Below, one piece after another: positions 1 to 6,883 of a stretch of DNA of 12,300 nucleotides. Location of the stretch: contig JALTLO010000143.1 of the NCBI GenBank assembly GCA_027001995.1, positions 1 to 12,300 of the forward strand, given 5' to 3'. The notes beneath the pieces were generated by a model that was not told where the DNA came from, ran no database searches, and was given only the letters and a program-made list of their open reading frames with translations. The translations under genes were made by a program, and so were the position numbers. The stretch comes from Planctomycetota bacterium. GTDB taxonomy: Bacteria; Planctomycetota; GCA-002687715; DRQF01. Every line of letters starts with the position of its first letter. Position 1 is the stretch's first letter.

Positions 1-2
1 AC

Positions 3-611
3 ATGGTCTTGTGGATGGGCAGGCTCCAAGACCCGGAACTTTCCTTCGAAGCCGTCCGTGGGTCATTGGATCAATTGGCCCAAGAAGCCGGGGCATTCCA
101 GAGCGCAGAAAACTCCAGTCGAGAGAATTTCGAGGCCTTCCTTCGCTTCATCCACAAAGAAAAAGGTTTCAGTGGAGATACCGAAGACTTCCACGCCTAC
201 GTCAATAACTTCTTGGCCGCTGTTCTGAAGCGCCGAAAGGGCATGCCCATCACCCTTATCCTGGTGTACATGCTTGTTGGCAAGCGGCTTGGTATTCAGA
301 TCGACGCCATCGGATCACCTTACCGCGCTTTGGCCTTCTATCACGACCCTGCCTTCGAAACGTATATTGATGCCTTTGGCGGCGGCAAAATGTGGTCTCA
401 TCATGATTGCGTCTCTTATCTCAAACAAAGCGGCTTCAAGAACCCTGATACCAAACATTTCTTGCGCCGACTTAGCTCGCGGGAGATCATCGAAAGGATG
501 ACCCGCAATCTCATCAACTTCTGCAACAACACTTCAGGCCGCAACCAAGAAGGAAGAAACCTTCGACGTCTGGCCCAAGCGTTGGTGCAAAATCGCGACA
601 AAGATGTCTAA
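3..611 (+). CDS. SirB1-family / transglutaminase-like (Transglut_core2) protein, possibly 5'-truncated by the window edge
   Basis: Motif FSGDTEDFHAYVNNFLAAVLKRRKGMPITL..Y..VGKRLG, then YIDAFGGG and EIIERMTRNL, matches the SirB1 pattern (F.G....Y...NS.L..VL.RR.G.PI.L; IDPF..G; IL.RML.NL). TAA stop at 609-611. Confidence 0.8.
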   Translation: MVLWMGRLQDPELSFEAVRGSLDQLAQEAGAFQSAENSSRENFEAFLRFIHKEKGFSGDTEDFHAYVNNFLAAVLKRRKGMPITLILVYMLVGKRLGIQIDAIGSPYRALAFYHDPAFETYIDAFGGGKMWSHHDCVSYLKQSGFKNPDTKHFLRRLSSREIIERMTRNLINFCNNTSGRNQEGRNLRRLAQALVQNRDKDV

Positions 612-640
612 GACACGTGTTGTCGGAAACGGAAAATTAA

Positions 641-1831
641 ATGCCAAAACATGATCCGGAGCTCCTCGAGTGGCGCGCCCAATACCCCATTCTCAAAACA
701 ACCACCTACATGAATTCTAACTCTCTGGGTGCCATGCCTCGTGGTGTTTATCTCGAAATGCAAGAATTTGCCGACATGTGGGCCACGAGAGGAGTTCGGG
801 CTTGGCATGAAAGCTGGATCGACCTGGTCGGCAAAGTTGCCAACATCTATGCTGATGTCTTGGGGGCGCCCCATGACTCAGTTTCGATGCACCAAAACGT
901 GGCCATTGCCCAGTGGATCTTAACATCCTGTTTCGATTTCGATGGCCCTCGCAACAAAGTGGTCTATACCGGGATGAACTTTCCCAGCGTGATGTACCAC
1001 TACGAAGAATTGAAGCGGCGAGGTGCAAATGTGGTCACGATCGAAAGTGATGATGGTATTTCCATCGACCTAAACCGACTCTTAGAGGCCATCGACGAAA
1101 CCACACTCTTGGTACCCGTTTCTCATGTCCTTTTTCGCAGTGCCTACGTCCAAGATGCGAAAGCCATCATCGATCGCGCTCATGAAGTGGGCGCGAAGGT
1201 CATTCTTGACACTTACCAAAGCGCCGGTTGCGTACCCGTCAATCTAAAAGAATGGAACGTCGATTTCTGCGTTGGCGGCTCGGTCAAGTGGCTTTGTGGC
1301 GGCCCTGGGGCTGGCTACCTCTATGTTCGCCCGGACTTAGCACAAGAACTAAAGCCCGTCTGCACCGGCTGGTTCGCCCACGAAAAACCATTCGAATTCG
1401 TTCCCGGTGCCATCGAATGGGCTGGAGCAAAAAACCGCTTCAACAACGGTACGCCCCACATACCTGCACTTCACGCCGCCAGGACTGGCGTTCACATTGT
1501 GCGGGAAATCGGCGTCGAGCGCATTCGCGAAAACTCTCTGGCACTCACCGACCGCATGATCGAAAGAGCCGAAGGCTACGGATTCACTTTGACGGTGGCC
1601 CGGGACCACGCCCACCGAGGTGGTACCATCGCCTTTGACTTGCCCCACGCCAAGCAAGTTGCCGCCGAAATGTTGGAGCGGGAATTCATCATTGATTGGC
1701 GCCCCAACGCCGGTATCCGCGTGTCGCCCCACTTCTACACCACCCCAGAAGAATGCGACAGCACTGTGGACGTCATCAAAGAAATTCTCGACACCGATGC
1801 TTGGCAAAAGCACGGTGAGGATCTTTACTGA
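641..1831 (+). CDS. kynU: Kynureninase-like PLP enzyme (aminotransferase class V)
   Basis: N-terminal YMNSNSLG, NFPS, LVPVSHVLFRS, DTYQSAG, PLP-lysine motif GGSVKWLCGGPG, GWFAH, RGG and DWRP..GIRVSPHFY. Directly coupled to a KynB-type cyclase gene. Confidence 0.85.
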   Translation: MPKHDPELLEWRAQYPILKTTTYMNSNSLGAMPRGVYLEMQEFADMWATRGVRAWHESWIDLVGKVANIYADVLGAPHDSVSMHQNVAIAQWILTSCFDFDGPRNKVVYTGMNFPSVMYHYEELKRRGANVVTIESDDGISIDLNRLLEAIDETTLLVPVSHVLFRSAYVQDAKAIIDRAHEVGAKVILDTYQSAGCVPVNLKEWNVDFCVGGSVKWLCGGPGAGYLYVRPDLAQELKPVCTGWFAHEKPFEFVPGAIEWAGAKNRFNNGTPHIPALHAARTGVHIVREIGVERIRENSLALTDRMIERAEGYGFTLTVARDHAHRGGTIAFDLPHAKQVAAEMLEREFIIDWRPNAGIRVSPHFYTTPEECDSTVDVIKEILDTDAWQKHGEDLY

Positions 1832-2454
1832 TGAAGATCATCGACATCAGTCAAACCGTTGACAGCAACACCGTCGTCTGGCCCCAAGACACGCCATTTA
1901 CCGCCGAGTGGGTCATGAAAATCCGAGACGGGGATTCTTGCAACGTCTCCACCATGAGAATGAGTGTTCACTGTGGCACCCACGCTGACGCCCCCTATCA
2001 CTTCCATGAAGAAGGGGCGAAATCAGATGAGGTGCCCATCGAATCCTTCATCGGCCCATGCTTGGTGGTCGCGATTGACAGCGAAGATGCCATCCACGAG
2101 TCTGATCTCCAAGATATCGACCTCAACAAATACAGCCGTATCCTGTTTCGCACCAAACGACCCTGCACCGCTACCACATGGCGAGACGACTTTGCCTACA
2201 TGAGTGAAGATGCCGCCGAGATCTTGGCGGCGAGTTCCGTCAAGCTCATTGGCATCGATACCCCGAGCATGGATCCCCTGTCCTCTAAAACACTGACGGC
2301 TCACAAGATCATGAGCCAAGCTGGTCTCATCTGGATAGAGAATTTGGAGCTCGGCCACGTAGAGCCGGGAGAGTACGAACTCATTGCCTTGCCCCTAAAA
2401 TTAGGCGCATCGGACGCCGCTCCTGTCCGCGCCATATTGAGAGAAATCAAATGA
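1831..2454 (+). CDS. kynB: Kynurenine formamidase (metal-dependent cyclase family)
   Basis: Signature HCGTHADAPYH (HxGTHxDxPxH), IDISQ, VWPQDTPF, GIDTPSMDP, AH and ENL..L..V.PG.YELIALPLKL...DAAPVRAILR. The ATG overlaps the kynU stop (TGATG at 1829-1833). Confidence 0.9.
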   Translation: MKIIDISQTVDSNTVVWPQDTPFTAEWVMKIRDGDSCNVSTMRMSVHCGTHADAPYHFHEEGAKSDEVPIESFIGPCLVVAIDSEDAIHESDLQDIDLNKYSRILFRTKRPCTATTWRDDFAYMSEDAAEILAASSVKLIGIDTPSMDPLSSKTLTAHKIMSQAGLIWIENLELGHVEPGEYELIALPLKLGASDAAPVRAILREIK

Positions 2455-2849
2455 CTATGGAAATCATCAACCCAAAGAATTGGAAGAAACCCATTGGCTA
2501 CTCCAACGCCATTAAGACCGATCGCAGTCAAATGGTTTTCTTAGGAGGGCAAGTCGCCTTCGACTCCAAGTTTAATGTCATTGGCAAGGGTGACTTGGTT
2601 GCCCAGTTCGAACAAGTCATGAAGAACCTCAAGACGGTCATGGAAGAAGCTGGAGGCACCCTGAAGGACGTCGTCAAGCTCACAATCTTCGTCCAAGACA
2701 AGGATGACTATCTCGCCAACGCCAAACCCATTGGCGTCTCCTACCGTTGGCATTTCGGCGATCACTATCCGGCCATGACTTTGGTAGAGATCTCCCGTTT
2801 CTACGAAGAGGATGTCCTCATCGAGATTGAAGGCATTGCCGTGCTCTAA
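2451..2849 (+). CDS. Rid (YjgF/YER057c/UK114) family protein lacking the catalytic Arg
   Basis: PIGYSNA, FLGGQV, Q..Q...NL...MEEAGG...DVVKLTIF, YPAMTLVEIS and IEIEGIAV. ATGA overlap with the kynB stop at 2451-2454. Confidence 0.9.
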   Translation: MTMEIINPKNWKKPIGYSNAIKTDRSQMVFLGGQVAFDSKFNVIGKGDLVAQFEQVMKNLKTVMEEAGGTLKDVVKLTIFVQDKDDYLANAKPIGVSYRWHFGDHYPAMTLVEISRFYEEDVLIEIEGIAVL

Positions 2850-2944
2850 GACCTGAAATGACCGCAAAATGGGAGTTGCTCGGCGATTCCCTAGGCATCT
2901 GCTATTGTCGGAGCTTCCACCTCAAGTCATTGGCAGAGCCGAAA

Positions 2945-4717
2945 ATGAATTTAAACCCATGGGCCCTTGGTGCTTTCATCCTGAGCTTCGTCGTCGCTTC
3001 TTGGCTGGGAGCCCAGTTGCCCACCCCTTATCCCCAAGGATCAGGGCCCACGCCAAACCCAGAACCCGCCCGCGCGTCTTTGTTTACCACCCGGTTCCGC
3101 CACAAAGACACAGGTGTTCTTTATGCCCCTGGGACGCAGGTTCATCGGGCAGGCGATGTCAACAACGACGGCATCCCCGACTTCATCGTTTCCATGCCAC
3201 CCATCGGCGCCAATTGGAACGGGCCAGCGTCTCTGAATACGGGGACTGTATTTCTTCGCTCCGGTGTCGATGGGGCCATCATTCATCAGTAATTCGGATC
3301 GGTTTACAACACATCACAATACAGCGACTTTGGCCATGCGGCTTGTGGCATGGGCGATGTCAATGGCGATGGCCATGACGATGTCGCCGTCAGTGTCGTA
3401 GCAATTCCCAACGGTACAATCGGTGGTTTCGACGGCGCTGTTCAAGTCTATTCAGGTTTCGATGGCTCAGCTTTGGCAACCATCGTGGGAACTCCCGGGG
3501 CCAGCACCGGCGTCGACTTGGCTAATTTGGGAGACCTCAATGGGGACGGCATCGCGGAACTGGCCATTGCAGAGCGTTTCAGTGTCGGTACAGCCTTCGA
3601 TGGCCATGTCTTGATCTACTCCGGGGCAGATTGGTCTTTGTTCCGCACCATTGATGACCCAGTGGGCACAATGTTGGTGGCGTCTCTTGCCAACGCCTTG
3701 GATGTGGATGGCGATGGCATCGATGACATCTTGATTGGTCAACCTCTTTATGGAGGCCCTGTCACCTCTGGTCGTGCCCAAGTATTCTCCGGTTCCGATG
3801 GTTCTCTCATTCATGAGTTCACCGGTTCCAACCAAGGTCTCTTGGGTTCAAGAGTGGCTGGCCTGGGTGACATCAACAACGACGGCTTTGCCGATGTGCT
3901 GATTGCCGAACCTGACTTTGCCGTTTCAACGGCTTCCGCTGGGGTCCAAAAAGCCGGACGGGCACGGGTCTATTCTGGGATCGATGGGGCCCCACTCTTT
4001 TCCTTCGACAACGTCGCCTTCAACGGGAAAATAGCGTCCATGGTTGCCTGCGTTGGTGACGTCAATGGCGACGGGGTCAACGACTTAGCCTTTGATCATT
4101 TGCAACCAGCATTCCATCACAGCAACGCTGCCCTGCTCATTTACTCCGGTGCCGACGGCTCTCTTATTTCGGTGATTGACGGCCATGACGTTTCAGAACC
4201 AAAACACATGGACATCGCAGGAATCGGGGATGTGAATGGTGATGGATTTGGCGATGTGGCCACCAGCTCAATTCTCTTTGACAACGATCCGAACACAGAA
4301 AACGACGGCGAGACAAGGCTCTTCTTAGGAGGAACACCACCGACTGAAAAGATCTACTCATCCTCCGGAACTCCCCCTGCTCTCGACTTGGAATGGTGGC
4401 CTCGACAAAGCAACCCCAACCACTTCATCGGCAACTACCGCAGTACTGGTGCCACGCCCGGAGCCTTAGGACTGATCGTAGCCAGCCTAGCGTCCATCGA
4501 CCTCCCGATCTTAGGAGTTGATCTCTTGGTGGCCATCGACTCAATCAATTTGTTGACCTTGGGGACTCTAGGAGCCAACGCCGCTGGAGAGTTCACTGTT
4601 GGTAATCTATCCAGATCCTACCCACCATTAGCGGGCCAGGAAATTTACCTTCAGTTCTTTGAAACGACTCCGACGGTCCAAGCATCCAACGCCATCAAAA
4701 TGATTCTACTACCCTGA
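2945..4717 (+). pseudogene. Secreted FG-GAP (integrin-alpha-like) 7-blade beta-propeller protein with a C-terminal domain, interrupted by a single in-frame TAA at 3290-3292
   Basis: ORFs 2858..3292 and 3350..4717 share a frame, and the gap reads openly after the stop (HQ*FGSVYNTSQYSDFGHAACGMGDV). Signal peptide from ATG 2945 (MNLNPWALGAFILSFVVASWLGA/QLP). One D-x-[ND]-x-DG repeat lies before the stop and six after it. Confidence 0.8.
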
Positions 4718-4751
4718 ATCTGCTCCAAGACCCAAGGCAGTCAAAGCCCCA

Positions 4752-5972
4752 CTAAGGAAGATAGGGAATCCTGATCTCAGGGAGCGGACCACTCAGCCCC
4801 TGTGACATGAATTGAACGACATCTTCTACTTCTTCTGTTGTCAGATTCAATGGACGGATGCGGTCCTTAGACAACCACTTATTGGGTGTGCCACCCTTGT
4901 TGTAATGCTCAACAACATCGTGGAGTGTCTTCAGGCTGCCATCGTGCATGTAAGGTGCGGTCAAGCTAATGTTGCGCAATGTCGGAGTTCGAAAGAAACC
5001 ACGGTCTTTTTCGTTCTTGGTAAAGTCCTCTCGTCCTTTGTCGATCTTGGCCTTATCCATGCCAATCCCAAGATTCCAGTAGAGCTCGTCGGTGAAGTTC
5101 TCCCCCACATGACAAAGGCTGCACTCAGCCTTGCCAAAGAAGAGAACCCGCCCCCGGATGGCGGCCTCACTCATAGGATTCGCTTTCGCACCTGCCAGGG
5201 CCCGATCTCGTTTCTCCATGAGGCGTTTGTTCCCCTTGTCGGCCTCGGTCAGTTCATAGTCAACCCAGGGTTTGGCAGCCACGAACCAATCATTGGGGGC
5301 TGAGGCGGTGATGACAGTTCTTTCGAAGGTGGCAATAGCCTTGGCGATACTATCGGGATCAGCGGGTTTGCCGAAAACACGTTCAAATTGGATCTTGTAC
5401 CCTTCGATGCCATTCAGCTTCTGGGCTGCTTCCTCAGGACTGAAGCCCATCTCAATCGGATTTCCGATTGGCCCCAAAGCCTGCTCCTCCAAACTCTTGG
5501 CCCGACCATCCCAAAATTGAATGGGGTGCAAGATTCTGTTGAGCACCGTAGGAGCACTCCGTCCACCTTTTTGTCCACGAATCCCGGTGGAGACAGGAGC
5601 AGCATCGGCCCATCCCATGTCAGGATGATGACAAGTAGCACAGGAAATCGTGTTGTCCTGGGACAGACGGACATCGAAGTAAAGCTGACGCCCCAGCTCA
5701 ATCTTGGCTGGGGTCATGGGATTGTCACGGGGAATGACCGTTTTGAGCTTGGTGACGATGCCAAAGGGCGCATCCGGCACGAAGGAATCATGAGCCCCAG
5801 GGGCATCGAGAGCCCTCCGAATGTCTGCAAGGCTCAAACTTCCGGGGGTGCCACGTTGAGCTGAATCATCAGGAGAATCTGACTGCTTGGAGCCATTGCC
5901 ACAAGAAAGCAAAGAAAAGCCAACAGTCCCCAGGCATATAAAAAAACCTAACCGGCGCAAAAAGAGCGGCAT
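4752..5972 (-). CDS. Di-heme cytochrome c peroxidase / MauG superfamily lipoprotein
   Basis: Two CxxCH motifs (CATCH 5628-5642, CSLCH 5109-5123), LGRQLYFD.RLS, QFWDGRA..LEEQA.GP..NP.EMG and FRTPTLRNI..TAPYMHDG. Lipobox-like LLSC follows MPLFLRRLG. ATG 5972 is preferred over the ORF-track TTG at 6005. Confidence 0.9.
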   Translation of the reverse strand: MPLFLRRLGFFICLGTVGFSLLSCGNGSKQSDSPDDSAQRGTPGSLSLADIRRALDAPGAHDSFVPDAPFGIVTKLKTVIPRDNPMTPAKIELGRQLYFDVRLSQDNTISCATCHHPDMGWADAAPVSTGIRGQKGGRSAPTVLNRILHPIQFWDGRAKSLEEQALGPIGNPIEMGFSPEEAAQKLNGIEGYKIQFERVFGKPADPDSIAKAIATFERTVITASAPNDWFVAAKPWVDYELTEADKGNKRLMEKRDRALAGAKANPMSEAAIRGRVLFFGKAECSLCHVGENFTDELYWNLGIGMDKAKIDKGREDFTKNEKDRGFFRTPTLRNISLTAPYMHDGSLKTLHDVVEHYNKGGTPNKWLSKDRIRPLNLTTEEVEDVVQFMSQGLSGPLPEIRIPYLP

Positions 5973-6028
5973 GTGCCAATTCCAATCAGTATCTATGAAA
6001 TCCAAGTAGCGATAGAAAATCCTATCAC

Positions 6029-6062
6029 CCAGATTAAGCGAGCAAAATGTAACTTTATCTGG
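6029..6062. promoter_or_regulatory. Imperfect inverted repeat in the divergent intergenic region, a possible regulator site
   Basis: CCAGATTAAG (6029-6038), a 14-nt spacer, then CTTTATCTGG (6053-6062), with 9 of 10 positions complementary. Lies in an AT-rich stretch between divergent genes. Confidence 0.3.
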
Positions 6063-6595
6063 TACTCATAAGAATATGTGAAGACTTTGCATAAGGATGG
6101 CGGTCGTCTCTGGGCGGCAGCACATCGATGATAGGCGTCGGATTGAGGAAATTAGCTATGAACAAGTTCATTCAAATCGTCACAGGCTGTGTAGCACTTA
6201 CGCTCGGGCTGACGCTCAACGCACAACTCCCCCTTGCTCCCTCCGGGACATACGGGGGGCCCTTGCCACAGCCTGCTCCTTACTCTCAATTTACGACCAG
6301 TTTCTGGAACCACGGTACGGGTGTCCTTTACGACAGGCTCACGACGGTAGAAGCTGGATTCGACGTCAACGCCGATGTAACCCCTGACTTCATCGTTGCC
6401 TGTCCCGGCATTGGCGCCAACTGGAGTGGCTCTTCCACCTACAGCGTCGGCCGCGTCGAGGTTCGATCCGGGACCAATGGTTCAATCATTCATCAATTCG
6501 TCAGTGCTAACCATGACAAATTCGGGACAGTCGCTTGCGGCATGGGAGACGTCAACGGGGACGGACGTGACGCCCCCTCCTACTTGGTACTCATA
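6060..6595 (+). repeat. 11-bp direct repeat TGGTACTCATA at 6060-6070 and 6585-6595
   Basis: Two exact copies read from the sequence. They bracket the truncated FG-GAP fragment. Confidence 0.6.
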
Positions 6596-6607
6596 CCATT
6601 GGCTTGA
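6158..6607 (+). pseudogene. Truncated paralog of the FG-GAP protein (signal peptide plus about 1.5 repeats)
   Basis: GAGGA at 6145-6149 precedes ATG 6158. Signal peptide ...LTLNA/QLP. Colinear with 2945-3380 (FTT.F....TGVLY; DVN.D..PDFIV..P.IGANW.G; RSG..G.IIHQF; ACGMGDVNGDG). Similarity ends abruptly near 6571, followed by 11 unrelated residues and TGA. Confidence 0.75.
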
Positions 6608-6817
6608 AAAATGCAGCAACGAGAACGCGATGCCAAGGCAGAGGTCTCGTTACGCTGCAAGACCTCAGGGGGAGTCTACTCTCCTGTTGGCCCGTCGCTA
6701 CCCTTCACACCATCATTTTCAGTTGCTCCATTCTGGCCTGCAACCCATGTAACTGTTGCAGTGATCCCTGCACTTAGCGAAAACGAAACTGTGCCAGCCT
6801 TGCCACATTCTTCCGGC

Positions 6818-6863
6818 GGCGAACCGAACAAGTAGAGTAGCTTGTTCGGAGGACGCCTTTTGT
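6818..6863. terminator. Stem-loop between convergent transcription units, probably an intrinsic terminator
   Basis: CCGAACAAG (6824-6832) pairs perfectly with CTTGTTCGG (6841-6849) around an 8-nt loop. The stem extends through GGCG/CGCC and is followed by TTTTGT on the + strand. It lies about 35 nt past the stop of the 6884..9031 minus-strand gene. Confidence 0.55.
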
Positions 6864-6883
6864 GATCAAGATCGAGTTGGTGT

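Noticed and set aside
2858..2944. N-terminal extension of the FG-GAP ORF from ATG 2858 (likewise 6128 and 6005 for neighbouring genes)
   Set aside because: Downstream ATGs (2945, 6158, 5972) place the signal peptides at the N-terminus, and 6158 has a clear SD.
3290..3292. Genome-wide reassignment of TAA as a sense codon
   Set aside because: TAA ends the SirB1-like (609-611) and Rid (2847-2849) genes at plausible C-termini, and no other gene has internal stops.
2869..3378. Alternate-frame 169-aa ORF spanning the TAA, considered as a frameshift bypass
   Set aside because: It is Arg-rich shadow sequence with no FG-GAP similarity. Both real halves are already in the same frame, so no frameshift is needed.
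6012..6025. OxyR box upstream of the peroxidase-family gene
   Set aside because: The ATAG-CTAT spacing is 6 nt rather than 7, and the second half of the four-part motif is absent.
3080..6570. The FG-GAP paralog pair as a DGR template/variable repeat
   Set aside because: Differences are numerous, include indels and are not adenine-specific. There is no reverse transcriptase in the window.
6611..6835. 74-aa plus-strand ORF
   Set aside because: No SD or recognisable motif. Its Pro/Ser-rich composition looks like the antisense shadow of the minus-strand frame at 6676-6831.
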